Below, piece after piece: positions 30,298-40,323 of a stretch of DNA of 64,000 nt. Each line of letters opens with the position of its first letter. Position 1 is the stretch's first letter. This DNA is from Myxococcales bacterium (lineage in GTDB: Bacteria > Myxococcota_A > Polyangia > Polyangiales > DASUME01), in NCBI GenBank assembly GCA_047601445.1, contig JASGJH010000001.1, positions 5,760,001 through 5,824,000 on the forward strand, given 5' to 3'. The position numbers and the translations under genes were made by a program. The notes beneath the pieces are model-generated. The model saw nothing but the letters and a program-made list of their open reading frames with translations, ran no database searches and was not told the origin of the DNA.

Positions 30298-31149
30298 ATG
30301 CGACATGAGAGTGCCACGCGTATGCGCGTAGGAACCATCGTCACGGGCGCGCTAATCGCGTGCTGTGCGTTGGGTCCTGTGCGCGCATTGGCCGAACCGT
30401 CGCTGCTCGAGCTCGGACATCAAGCGTCGATCGACGCGGAGTTCGATCGCGCTCTCATGCTCTTCGACGAGGCGCTCGGCGACGCGGCGTTGTCGCGCGT
30501 CGAGCTGCTCACGCTGCTGGAGGAGCGCGTGTTGGTGCTTCATGCGCTGGGCAAGCTCGGCGACCTGCGCCGTGATCTGCGCGCGCTGGCCGCGCTCGAA
30601 CCTGGGCGCGAACTCGGTCGCCGGGCGCCGCCCACGTTGGTCGCGTTGTTTCACCAGCTACGCGCAGAGACGCCGGCGCTTCAGCTCACGCTGGAGTGCA
30701 CCCCCTCGAGCGACGGCTATCGCATCCACGCGAGCGTGCTCGGCGCCGAGACCTTCCCCGATAGCAGACTTCGCATCAACTACCGCGAGGCCGGTGGCAG
30801 CTATCGCAGCGAGGAATCGGCCGAGGTGGCGCTGGCGCACCCGGCGTTGCCACTTAGCTACTTCGCCGAGGTGCTCGGGATGGGGCAGGTGGTGCTGCTC
30901 TCGGAGGGGAGCGGCGAAGCGCCGCGCGTGTTGGTCGAGCAAGCCTCCCCGAAATCCGAGCTCGCACGGCTTCCAGCCAAGCCGACGCGTGAGGCGTCGT
31001 CCGAGGTTCCCTGGTGGCAAAGGCAGCGCGGCTGGTTGATCGGCGGTTCGGCCGCGGTGGTCGCGGCCTCGGCGGTGGTGCTCGGCGTGCTGCTAGCCCG
31101 AGATCAGAACGCGCAGCGCACGGCAGTGGACGCCAAGGTGGAGTTCTAA
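30298..31149 (+). CDS. Exported TPR-like protein with C-terminal TM and terminal Phe
   Basis: Signal peptide; helical repeats; WWQRQRGWLIGG..VVLGVLL; TAATG coupling to the kinase gene. Confidence 0.7.
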   Translation: MRHESATRMRVGTIVTGALIACCALGPVRALAEPSLLELGHQASIDAEFDRALMLFDEALGDAALSRVELLTLLEERVLVLHALGKLGDLRRDLRALAALEPGRELGRRAPPTLVALFHQLRAETPALQLTLECTPSSDGYRIHASVLGAETFPDSRLRINYREAGGSYRSEESAEVALAHPALPLSYFAEVLGMGQVVLLSEGSGEAPRVLVEQASPKSELARLPAKPTREASSEVPWWQRQRGWLIGGSAAVVAASAVVLGVLLARDQNAQRTAVDAKVEF

Positions 31150-33503
31150 TGACGCTCAACTTCGAGATCTCCGAGGTCAACGTTCCGCGCGTCGACACGA
31201 GCTTCGGCGGGTTCCGCATCGCCCACGAGATCGCGCGGGGCGGCATGGCCAGCGTGTACCTCGGCTACCGCAGCGGTATCGGCGGCTTCGTGCAGCCTTC
31301 CGCGATCAAGGTGATCCACCCGCACATGGCGTCCGATCGCGGCTTCGTCGAGATGTTCATCGACGAGGCGCGCATCGCCTCCTGCATCAATCATCCGAAC
31401 GTCTGCAAGGTGCTCGACTTCGGCAAGGCCGGCCGCACGTTCTACCTGGCGATGGAGTATCTGTTCGGAGAGACCTGGGGTCACACGCTCCAGGCCATGT
31501 ACGCGCAGCCCGGGCAGGCGATGCTGATCCCGGAGATGGTGGCCCACGTGCTGGCACAGGCCTGCGAGGGTTTGCACGCGGCACACGAGGCGCACGACCA
31601 TCGGGGAAGGGCGCTCCAGATCGTGCATCGCGATGTGTCGCCCCAGAACCTCTTCGTGGGCTACGACGGCAGCGTGAAGGTGCTCGACTTCGGCATCGCT
31701 CAGGCCGCCGACCGTCTGCACTCCACGCGCAACGGCACCATCAAGGGCCGCTACTCGTACATGTCTCCGGAGCAGATGTCGGGCTACCCGGTCGATCGCC
31801 GAAGCGACGTGTGGTCGCTGGGCGTGGTCTTGCGTGAGGGCTTGACCGGCAAGAGCGTATTCCGCCGCAGCACGGACGCCGAGACGATCCATGCCGTCGT
31901 GAACTTGCCCGTGCCCGAGTGGGACATGGACGTGGACCCGACGCTGCGCAAGATCGTCGACACGGCCTTGCAGCACGACCCGGAGGACCGCTTCGAGACG
32001 GCGCGCGAGATGGGCACCGCCCTCAGGCGCTTCTTGAGGTCGCGCGTCGACTCGCTCGGGATGGCCGAGGTGTCCGGCATCATGCAGCTCCTGTTCTCCA
32101 GCAACCAGCAGCGCAAGCGCGCGCTGGTGCAACAGGCCGCGCGCAGCTTCGCTCCAGGGCGACCCGTGAGCTTGCCGCCGCCGAGCGCGAACTTTCGCGC
32201 GGAGGAGCAGACACCGACCGATCCGGATCCTGGCGAGGAGCAAGAGCGCACGCTGGAGCGACTCGAGTCCACGCGAGCCGAGTTCGTGCCGCGTCCGAGC
32301 GTGAGCGCGCACAGCAGCACCACGCGCGTGGCCCCGGACGAGGAGCAGGAGCGTACGCTGGAGCGGCTCGAGGCCACCAAGGTGGCGCCCGAGCTCGACA
32401 ACGACGACACGCTCATGGAATGGGTCGATCACAGTCAGCTCGACCTGGCAGTGGGCGATTCGAAGGAGAAGGCGACGCAGAGCGAGCACAGCGTCGCGAC
32501 GGTGGCCATGGCAGCCGCCCCGTCCAACACGAACGGAGAGCCCACGCGCGTCAGCCAGTCGCCCGAGCCCGCCCGCGCGGACGCTGCAACGCGGGCCGAG
32601 AATCCGCGCGAGCCCACGCGAGAACAGGAGATCGAGACCCAGGACTACCCGCGTGATCGGCGCGAGCCCGAGCCTGCGTCCAAGCCGCCTGCGTCCCACA
32701 ACGCGGGCGCCGCGACGCTCGGCGCCGAGACCACGGACGATGGTGAGACCGTCATGTCGATGACGCGTCCGCTGGAGCGCGCGCTGCTGCGGTCCGCCGT
32801 CCTCGAGCCGAGCCCCGTGGCTACGGAGAAGGTGACGCGTGAGCCGACGGGCAAGCGGCTGAGCCTCGCCAAGCTCGCGCTCATCGGCGGACTCTCGGGC
32901 TGCGCACTGTGGCTAGGGGCGAGCGCTGGGCCGTTCGCGGACGAACCCATCCCGCAAGCGAAGCGCGTCGAGGCGGCGCCAGAGAGCCCGACCGCGAACT
33001 CGCTGGCGATGCATGGCGAGCGGCCGAACTCGGCGCCGACGGAAGGCTCCGGGCGCCCCGAAGAGGAGCCCGAGGCCCGCGGCGTGGCGCAGGCGCAGGA
33101 GGTCGAAGCGCCAGTGCCCGCTGCAGCGGAAGTTGTGGAGGCGGCTGCTGCGCCTGCAGCCGACGCCACTGGGTCGCAGCTGGGCGCAGACCGCCCCATC
33201 GTCGACGACACGAGCACGGTGAGCATCGTGTCGCGCGAGGTTCTGCCCAAGCCTCTTCGCAAGCGAGCCTTGCGCCGCCCGGCACCTGCACCGTTGGCCC
33301 TGGGCACCGTCAACGTATCGAGCGACGACGGTTGGGCCGACGTGTACGAGGGCAGCCGCAAGCTCGGGTCCACGCCCGTGCGCCTTTTGCTGCTCGAGGG
33401 AACCCATACGCTGAGTTTCCGTAGCCAGGGCGCCGGGCCGAGCAAGAGCCTGCAAGTGGTCGTGCGCGGCGGCCAAGTCATCAAGGTCAAAGCACCGCTC
33501 TAA
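31149..33503 (+). CDS. Membrane Ser/Thr protein kinase with C-terminal PEGA-like domain
   Basis: IARGGMASVY, AIKVI, HRDVSPQN, DFG, KGRYSYMSPEQ; long linker; TM; 'LGSTPVRL.L.EG.H'. Confidence 0.93.
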   Translation: MTLNFEISEVNVPRVDTSFGGFRIAHEIARGGMASVYLGYRSGIGGFVQPSAIKVIHPHMASDRGFVEMFIDEARIASCINHPNVCKVLDFGKAGRTFYLAMEYLFGETWGHTLQAMYAQPGQAMLIPEMVAHVLAQACEGLHAAHEAHDHRGRALQIVHRDVSPQNLFVGYDGSVKVLDFGIAQAADRLHSTRNGTIKGRYSYMSPEQMSGYPVDRRSDVWSLGVVLREGLTGKSVFRRSTDAETIHAVVNLPVPEWDMDVDPTLRKIVDTALQHDPEDRFETAREMGTALRRFLRSRVDSLGMAEVSGIMQLLFSSNQQRKRALVQQAARSFAPGRPVSLPPPSANFRAEEQTPTDPDPGEEQERTLERLESTRAEFVPRPSVSAHSSTTRVAPDEEQERTLERLEATKVAPELDNDDTLMEWVDHSQLDLAVGDSKEKATQSEHSVATVAMAAAPSNTNGEPTRVSQSPEPARADAATRAENPREPTREQEIETQDYPRDRREPEPASKPPASHNAGAATLGAETTDDGETVMSMTRPLERALLRSAVLEPSPVATEKVTREPTGKRLSLAKLALIGGLSGCALWLGASAGPFADEPIPQAKRVEAAPESPTANSLAMHGERPNSAPTEGSGRPEEEPEARGVAQAQEVEAPVPAAAEVVEAAAAPAADATGSQLGADRPIVDDTSTVSIVSREVLPKPLRKRALRRPAPAPLALGTVNVSSDDGWADVYEGSRKLGSTPVRLLLLEGTHTLSFRSQGAGPSKSLQVVVRGGQVIKVKAPL

Positions 33504-33917
33504 GCGCTTCGCTCAAGATCGCCCGCTCTCACACGTCATGCGCACACGCTTGCGCACGTCGCTACGAGTGGACACCCACGTTGCAGAGGCAGCGGTGTTG
33601 CAGAGGCTCGGTGCGGCGCCCCGTTAAGCGAGCTTCGCGCACGAAGCGGGGCTTTAAGCGGGAAGATGCGGGCGTAAGGTCGTCTGCTCGCAGGCTCAGA
33701 TCGTGCGCTGGAATGAGTGCTCACATGGCCCTCATTTTCGCCGTCGTAGTGCAAAGCTCGATAGGATCGGGGCTCCAGGGCAGCTCTCGCATCGCCCTGC
33801 AAAACCGAAGGAAGTCCGTCTCTGGTTCGTCTGTCTGAGAATGCGCGAGGCGTCTGCTCGCGGTGGCCGGCCTCGTGGGCAGCGGGTGGACGCTGCGCGC
33901 GCGCCTGGTGTGCCCGC

Positions 33918-35381
33918 GTGTGGCTCCTGTGCGCCGTGCTCTTGTCGAGCTCGCTCGCGTTCGTCGGACAGGTCGTGGCCCAACCGCAGCTGAGGACGCT
34001 CGATGCGGTGTGGCTGACGCCGCGCCTCACCACGAGTCCGGGCCTCATCGTCTCGGGGAGCAGCGGCTACGGCATCACGGAGCACGTCGCGGGCACCACG
34101 GGTGTGCATCATCGCGTGGCGGGCTCGTTGGGTGTGGCCTATGCGACGCGCTTTGGTCTCTCGGCGGAGCTGCGTGTGGACGGACGCTGGGATCTGCACG
34201 CGGTGTCGCCGCGCGACGACAGCATGGTGGGTGAGCCGCGCGCCTACTTGCGGTACGGAGCAGGCCTCGGGTCGCGCACCCGGCTGGGCATGGAGGCTGG
34301 CTGGCTGATCGGAGGAGCCAACGTGCCCGCCCTCGATGTGCGCTCGAGCACGCTGGATCTCCTTGCGATCGCCGACGTGAAGCTGGCGCGCGCTTGGTCG
34401 TTGGTTTCGGCCCTCGGTCCGCGGCTCGACTTCAGCGCGAATAGCGTCTCTCCGGACGTCCACCTGTCGCGCTCCGACTGGCTCTCGCTGGGCGTCTCGA
34501 GTTATCACGCCTTGCTGCTGCGCTTTGCCGCCGTGGGTCGCCTCGGCAAGTTCGGTGTGGCAGGGGAGTTCTCGGGCGATGCCCTGCTCGGCCAAGGCTC
34601 GCCCGCGCTGCGGCAGTCGCCCTGGAGGACATCGTTCAAGCTCAGCCGCGCCGTCGGCCCGAACGAACAGCTCGAGTTGGTTTGGGTGACGTCGCTGCTG
34701 GTGTCGCGTCGACCCGAGTGGACTTCGGCGCAGCAGTACGTGCCCTTCGAGCCACGCGTGACCTCGTTCGTGGGTCTGCGCTACCACTTCGCGTCGTCGC
34801 CGAAGAAGCCCGCGAGCGAAGCGGCTGCACCGCCGCCCGAGCCCAAACCGGTCGCACCGGAGCCGCCCACGCCGAGCACGGGCGAGCTGGTGGTCAGTGT
34901 GTTCGATGCGCGTGGCGAGGCGCTGCCCGATGTAGAGGTCGGTCTGGCGTCCGGTCGGAAGGAGCGCACGGGTGCGTCGGGGGCGGCACGCTTTGCGGAG
35001 CTCGCACCCGGAGACTATCCGGTGCAGGTCGAGTGCCCGGGCTTCGCGCCTGGCCAGGCGACGGCCACCGTGACGGTGGGCCAGAGCGCGGCACTCAGGG
35101 TGGACCTGCTGGAGCTCACTGACCGCGGGGTGCTCCGCGTCTTTGTGCGGGACGCCGACAGCGGAGAGGATGTGGCCTCCGCGCAGCTCAAGCTCACGCC
35201 GTTGCGCAAGAAGCGGGCGCGCAAAACGGACATCGCGAGCGGAAGTCACACCGAGCTCGAGCCTGGCAGTTATCGCGTCGAGATCACGGCGCAGGGCTAC
35301 GGCCGGCAGACGCGCACCATCGTGGTCGAGCGCGGCGAGGTCATGTTGTTGAACGTGGACTTGCCGAGGAAGCGGCCATGA
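33918..35381 (+). CDS. Outer-membrane protein with C-terminal carboxypeptidase-regulatory/PEGA-like domains
   Basis: Signal peptide; barrel-like region ending FVGLRYHF; Pro linker; two 'L.PG.Y.V...A.G[FY]' domains. Confidence 0.72.
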   Translation: MWLLCAVLLSSSLAFVGQVVAQPQLRTLDAVWLTPRLTTSPGLIVSGSSGYGITEHVAGTTGVHHRVAGSLGVAYATRFGLSAELRVDGRWDLHAVSPRDDSMVGEPRAYLRYGAGLGSRTRLGMEAGWLIGGANVPALDVRSSTLDLLAIADVKLARAWSLVSALGPRLDFSANSVSPDVHLSRSDWLSLGVSSYHALLLRFAAVGRLGKFGVAGEFSGDALLGQGSPALRQSPWRTSFKLSRAVGPNEQLELVWVTSLLVSRRPEWTSAQQYVPFEPRVTSFVGLRYHFASSPKKPASEAAAPPPEPKPVAPEPPTPSTGELVVSVFDARGEALPDVEVGLASGRKERTGASGAARFAELAPGDYPVQVECPGFAPGQATATVTVGQSAALRVDLLELTDRGVLRVFVRDADSGEDVASAQLKLTPLRKKRARKTDIASGSHTELEPGSYRVEITAQGYGRQTRTIVVERGEVMLLNVDLPRKRP

Positions 35382-36910
35382 GTCGGGGCGAGCTCACGGC
35401 ACGGGAGACGTTGGTCCGGCGCGCGCTGGCGGCGCTGCTCGGTGTGCTGTGCGCGGGTCTCACGTTGTGGTGGATCCTGCCGCGCGGGGTGGCGCGTCTG
35501 GAGGCGGCCGCGGGCGATGTGCGGCGCGACGAAGCCCGGGCAGAGGGCAAGTTTCGTGCGGCGCATGCCGGCGACGCTTTCATGCTGGGCGACGGATTGA
35601 AGACCGAGCGGGCGGCCACGGCCGAGGTGCAGATCGTGCAGGGGCCCCGGCTCAAGGTGAAGCCGTCCACGTTGTTGCGCTTTCGTGGGCGCCGAGCGGA
35701 GGGAGCCCAGGTGCTGTTGGCGCGCGGTTCGGTGAGCATTTTCACCGCCGAGGAGCCGGTGTTGTTCGAGACGGCGGCTGGCATCTTGCGCATCGCGGCC
35801 CACTCGCGTGCCACGCTCGACCGTGGCCCGCAGCAAACGCGCGTCGAGGTCCTATTCGGGCGTGCCGAGCTGGAGTGGTCGTCTGCGCCGGGGCACGCGC
35901 TGGAGGCGGGCGAGATGGCGCGCTTCGTTCACGCCGAGGGCGTGACGGAGTTCGCGGACGAAGCGTCGAAGGGCGCAAACACACCCCACGTTGCCGACGC
36001 GCGCGCCCAAACCCCTGGGGCCAGGGCGACCGACGCGGGAGCTGATGCGCCGGGCGACGCGGAGCCTATCCCCGGAGCGAGTCTCGGCGCGGGCGTGACC
36101 ACCAGTGGGCCGGCGGACATCGTGCTGCCAGCGTCGCCATTCCTCACGGTTTTGGACGGCGCGGCACCCACGGTCATCGGCCTTCGCTCGACGAAGTGCC
36201 AGGGCAAGCCCACGCTCAGCGTCGAGCGACAGGGCCGCTTCGTGGAAGTCGGTACCACCCATGCATTCGGCGTCGGTGTCACCCGCTATCGCTTGCTCTG
36301 CGGCTCGCAGCTCGCGGCCGCTGGCAAGGTGCGAGTGGTCCAGGACGCGGCGCGTCGCAACCTGGCAACACCTCCGCCCAGCAACGTGATCGACCTGGAC
36401 GGCCGCTCCTATCGGGTGCTCTACCAGACAGCGCTACCCGAGGTCAGCGTGCGCTGGTCGTCGGCCAAGGCAGACAGCGAGAGCACGCTGGTCGTGGAAG
36501 GTCCGCACAGTCGCCAAACTTTCGCGGTGCGCGGCGCCCATTTCGCTCTGCCGCCTGCCAGCTTGCACGAGGGGGACTACCGACTCTGGTTCGAACAGCC
36601 CCGGAGCAACCTGCGATCGCGCACCACGCGCCTCGGCATCCACTTCGACAACGCCACGCCGCTCGCGCGCCTCAACGAAGACGCGCTGCTCGAGGCCGCC
36701 GCCGACGGCAGCGCGCACGTCTCCGGCGCCGTGGTCGAGGGGGCACGTCTGTCCGTTCAGGGCAAGCGAGTGGAGCTCGACGATCGCGGTCGCTTCGATG
36801 TCGTGGTGTCGCCACAACCCGATCAGCGCGCGGTGGCCCTCGCCGTCGAGGTGCCGGCACGCGGCGTCTTCTACTACGTGCGTCGCTTCAAGGGAGAAGC
36901 TCAGCAGTGA
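35378..36910 (+). CDS. FecR-domain membrane protein
   Basis: N-terminal TM; 'GD.LKT...A.V......LKV..ST', 'ETAAG', 'TRVEVLFG.AEL' FecR-like pattern; Ig-like C-terminus. Confidence 0.7.
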   Translation: MSRGELTARETLVRRALAALLGVLCAGLTLWWILPRGVARLEAAAGDVRRDEARAEGKFRAAHAGDAFMLGDGLKTERAATAEVQIVQGPRLKVKPSTLLRFRGRRAEGAQVLLARGSVSIFTAEEPVLFETAAGILRIAAHSRATLDRGPQQTRVEVLFGRAELEWSSAPGHALEAGEMARFVHAEGVTEFADEASKGANTPHVADARAQTPGARATDAGADAPGDAEPIPGASLGAGVTTSGPADIVLPASPFLTVLDGAAPTVIGLRSTKCQGKPTLSVERQGRFVEVGTTHAFGVGVTRYRLLCGSQLAAAGKVRVVQDAARRNLATPPPSNVIDLDGRSYRVLYQTALPEVSVRWSSAKADSESTLVVEGPHSRQTFAVRGAHFALPPASLHEGDYRLWFEQPRSNLRSRTTRLGIHFDNATPLARLNEDALLEAAADGSAHVSGAVVEGARLSVQGKRVELDDRGRFDVVVSPQPDQRAVALAVEVPARGVFYYVRRFKGEAQQ

Positions 36911-38640
36911 GTTCCGAACAAGAGAATGTGGCCGATCCGTTCACCGGGAAGGTCGTCCTAGGTCGCTATCACGTGGTGTTGCAGCTGGCTCGGGGAGGCC
37001 AGGGCACGGTGCACTTGGCGCGCGCCGAGGGTGCGGCGGGGGTCGCGCGGCCCGTGGTCATCAAGCGCGTGCTCGAGCCTATCACCCACGACAAGCAAGC
37101 GCGCGCACGCTTCGTTTCCGAGGCACGCATCACGGCACGCCTCAGGCACCCGGACATCGTGTCCATCGTGGAGTTCGAGCGACAGCGCGACAAATCCTAC
37201 CTGATGGTGCTCGAGTACGTGCACGGCTACGACCTCTGGCGCTGGGCGCGCTATGTCCAGATGCGCAACGGCGAGATCCCCGCCAACTTGCTGGCCTACG
37301 TGTGCATGCGCGTGCTCGATGCGCTGCACTACTCGCACAGCTTGCGCGATCACAACGGTCAGCCCACGCCCATCATCCACCGCGACATCAGCGGCGGTAA
37401 CGTGCTCATCGACGTAGACGGCCACGTGAAGCTGACCGACTTCGGCATCGCGGCGGTGGTGGCCCCCAGCGCGGATCCCGACCGGGTTCGCAGGCACACG
37501 GTGCAGGGCAAGCTCGGCTACATCGCGCCCGAGCTGTTCGTCGGAGCGCCGCCCAGTCCGGCCAGTGACATCTACGCCTGCGGCGTGATGCTGCACGCGC
37601 TCCTGCTCGGCAGGAACGAGTTTCACGCCCCCGACCCGCGTGAGGCCGAGGAAAAGGCGAACTTCCACCTGGGCTCGCGCCTCGATCAGCTGCGGCGAGA
37701 CGTGAGCCCCGCCGGCGCAGACGTGATCGCGCGCGCGCTGGCCAAGGATCCCAAGGAGCGCTTCGAGAGCGCCGCCGTCTTCAGCGCGGAGCTGCGCCGG
37801 GCCTTCGAGGTCGACTTGGCCGAGGCTCGCGACGCGTTCGCCCTGTTGGTGGAGAGCGACTTCGAGGACCCCGAGTTCTCACGCCGTATGGGTGTGCTCC
37901 CCCTGCGCCAGATCGACGCGGCCTGGCGTCGCCACGAGAACGAGACCACCGACAGCAGCCTGCGCTTCCGACGTAGCTCCTTTCCTTCCCTGCGGCCGAC
38001 TCCCACTACCTCCGCCGTCAGCGAGGACGTCACCCGCCACGACGGAGGCCGCGCCGCGCCGTCACAGCCCGCACCTGCACCAGCCCCAGAAGTGCCCGTT
38101 TTCAAGCGCTCCGAGCGTTTGCCGCAGGTCACGCTGCGCACGCGCACGCGCTACGAGGAGCTCGGCTGGACGCTGGCCATCGTGGTCTCCGTGGCGCTCG
38201 TGGTCATCGTGGGGGCCTTCCTCTATCGCACCGCCGGGACCGACGAAGTGCTCTACGTGGAGGCACAGAACGCGGGGGCGCAGGCGGTCGATGTCGAGAC
38301 CGCGACCGCGCCAACGCCGACGGAGGCCCTCAAACCCGCCCAGCAAGAAGCCCCCTCCAAGGGTGACTCACTCACCGAGCGTTTCGCCCAACAGGGCGCG
38401 GAAGTGAGCCGCTGCTTTCACGAGGCAACGCCCGCCGCGACCGCACCCAAGCTCACCAAGCTCGCCATCATCTTCGAGATCGAGCCCGCGGGCAGCGTCG
38501 CGCGCGCCACGCTCGAGCCCAAGGAGCTCCGTGTCACGCCGCTAGGCAAGTGCCTGCTCGGTGTGGCCCGCCAGACGAACTTCGGTCGCCAGCCTGGCTT
38601 CATGCGCTTTCGCATCCCCATCAGTACGCAGGTGAACTGA
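36907..38640 (+). CDS. Membrane Ser/Thr protein kinase with AgmX/PglI (TonB-C-like) C-terminal domain
   Basis: GTGA-coupled start; LARGGQG, VIKRV, HRDISGGN, DFG, GKLGYIAPE; TM; 'V.RCF...F.IEP.G.V...LGKCL...F.IP'. Confidence 0.9.
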   Translation: MSSEQENVADPFTGKVVLGRYHVVLQLARGGQGTVHLARAEGAAGVARPVVIKRVLEPITHDKQARARFVSEARITARLRHPDIVSIVEFERQRDKSYLMVLEYVHGYDLWRWARYVQMRNGEIPANLLAYVCMRVLDALHYSHSLRDHNGQPTPIIHRDISGGNVLIDVDGHVKLTDFGIAAVVAPSADPDRVRRHTVQGKLGYIAPELFVGAPPSPASDIYACGVMLHALLLGRNEFHAPDPREAEEKANFHLGSRLDQLRRDVSPAGADVIARALAKDPKERFESAAVFSAELRRAFEVDLAEARDAFALLVESDFEDPEFSRRMGVLPLRQIDAAWRRHENETTDSSLRFRRSSFPSLRPTPTTSAVSEDVTRHDGGRAAPSQPAPAPAPEVPVFKRSERLPQVTLRTRTRYEELGWTLAIVVSVALVVIVGAFLYRTAGTDEVLYVEAQNAGAQAVDVETATAPTPTEALKPAQQEAPSKGDSLTERFAQQGAEVSRCFHEATPAATAPKLTKLAIIFEIEPAGSVARATLEPKELRVTPLGKCLLGVARQTNFGRQPGFMRFRIPISTQVN

Positions 38641-38646
38641 GGACAC

Positions 38647-40311
38647 ATGTTCGATCTCACTGCGCGACGCCTCCTCCTCTGTCTGCTCGCGGGCTCCTCG
38701 CTGGTGGGTTGCGGACGTCTGCGCTTCGAGGATCACTCGGTCGCTGCTCACGCGGACGCTGGTATGGGATCGCCCGATGCCGGGAGCACCCCCGGGATGG
38801 ATGGCGGCACGACCCATGGTGACGCCAGCGCCGAGGATGCGGGTAGCCACTTATTAGACGCCGGGTTCGATGGAGGGGAACTCCTGGGCGACGCGCAGAT
38901 GGGCGGACCGGACGCCATGGCCTGTCCTGCGGGAACCTCCGGACCGAGCTGCCAAACCTGTGTGCGCTACGTGAACGCGGCCTCCACGGCTGGGACTCCC
39001 GACGGCCTCAGCTGGGACACGGCTTTCACCGATATCTTGATGGCGGCGTCCTCCGCGGTGAACGCGGTGGAGGCGGCGGGTGGTCCAGCGCTGTGCCAGG
39101 TCTGGGTGGCCAAGGGCCGGTACCACACGTTCTACACGAACAACATCGACGGCATCCCGCTGCATCCTCTGCTCGAGCTTTACGGAGGCTTCGCTGGCAC
39201 GGAGACCAGCACCGATCAGCGCGATCGCAGCGCCAACGAGACCGTCATCGACGCTTCCAACGCCGCCGGTACGGGTCGTTCGTACTACCCGATCTACTCC
39301 TCGAACGGTGGCTTCATGGACGGCTTCACCATCACCGCGAGCGCGGGACCCTACGGCGGCGGCATCGAGGTCGAGGGCGGCACGCTGACCTTGCGCTACA
39401 TGGTCTTCGACAACCTGGACTCCGCCACGGGACTCGCGGAGGTCGGCGGCGCGCTCAAGCTCGTCAACGCCAGCGCCAACCTGGAGGTCTGCCTGTTCCG
39501 CTTCAATCACGCACGGCGTGGTGGAGCCATTTCGGTGCAGAACGGAAGTGTCACCATGAGCGTCGGCTCCTTCGTGGGAAACTCCTCCACCGAAGCCGGC
39601 GGTGCCATCTACGCGAACAACGCATCGGTCACGCTCCAAGGCGTGGCGCTCGATAGCCAGAGCGCCGACGGCAGCGGCGGTGCCATCGCGATGGAGTCCA
39701 CCTCTGTGCCGAACCTGGTGCTGGACGGCGTGCTCATCAACGCGGCGAGCTCGGGCGGCAGCGGCGGCTGCATCCACTCCACCGGTGGCGTGAACCTGGA
39801 CTTCCAGAACGTGGTGGCCTCCGATTGCCAGGCAGGCGGCGAAGGCGGAGCGTTCTTCTTCGACACCGCTCGCGGCAGCCTGCGCGCGGTCACCACGGCG
39901 GGCGGGGTCGCGGGCAGCACAGCGAGCGGCATGGTGTTGCGCTGTGCCGCAGCCTGCAGCGTAGTGAATTCCATCTTTTGGGACGCGTCGGCCCTCGCCG
40001 AGGTCTCGCGTTCGGGCCCGAGCACCGTGAGCTACAGCCTGGTCCGCGGAGGCACCACCGGAACCGGCATCGTCACCGGCGATCCCCTGTTCGTGTCTTC
40101 CCCCAACGACGTCACACTGCGCGCGGGCTCGCCGGCCATCGACGCCGCGAATGGCTGTCTCGGCCCCGAGTTCGACCTGGAGGGGAATCCTCGCTACGAC
40201 ACCACGGCCACGGCCAACACCGGCGTGGGTCCCGTGTTCAGCGACATGGGCGCCTACGAATACAGCGTGAGCGGCACCCCCTACGCCAACTTCGGTGCCC
40301 TCTGTCCGTGA
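38647..40311 (+). CDS. Lipoprotein with pectin-lyase-like/Pmp GGAI repeats and choice-of-anchor-Q-like terminus
   Basis: LVGC lipobox; DG.SW.TAF, VWVAKG.Y, LYGGFAGTET; GGAI repeats; DPLF...L.AGSPAIDA...DMGAYEY. Confidence 0.8.
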   Translation: MFDLTARRLLLCLLAGSSLVGCGRLRFEDHSVAAHADAGMGSPDAGSTPGMDGGTTHGDASAEDAGSHLLDAGFDGGELLGDAQMGGPDAMACPAGTSGPSCQTCVRYVNAASTAGTPDGLSWDTAFTDILMAASSAVNAVEAAGGPALCQVWVAKGRYHTFYTNNIDGIPLHPLLELYGGFAGTETSTDQRDRSANETVIDASNAAGTGRSYYPIYSSNGGFMDGFTITASAGPYGGGIEVEGGTLTLRYMVFDNLDSATGLAEVGGALKLVNASANLEVCLFRFNHARRGGAISVQNGSVTMSVGSFVGNSSTEAGGAIYANNASVTLQGVALDSQSADGSGGAIAMESTSVPNLVLDGVLINAASSGGSGGCIHSTGGVNLDFQNVVASDCQAGGEGGAFFFDTARGSLRAVTTAGGVAGSTASGMVLRCAAACSVVNSIFWDASALAEVSRSGPSTVSYSLVRGGTTGTGIVTGDPLFVSSPNDVTLRAGSPAIDAANGCLGPEFDLEGNPRYDTTATANTGVGPVFSDMGAYEYSVSGTPYANFGALCP

Positions 40312-40323
40312 CAGACGGCGCGT

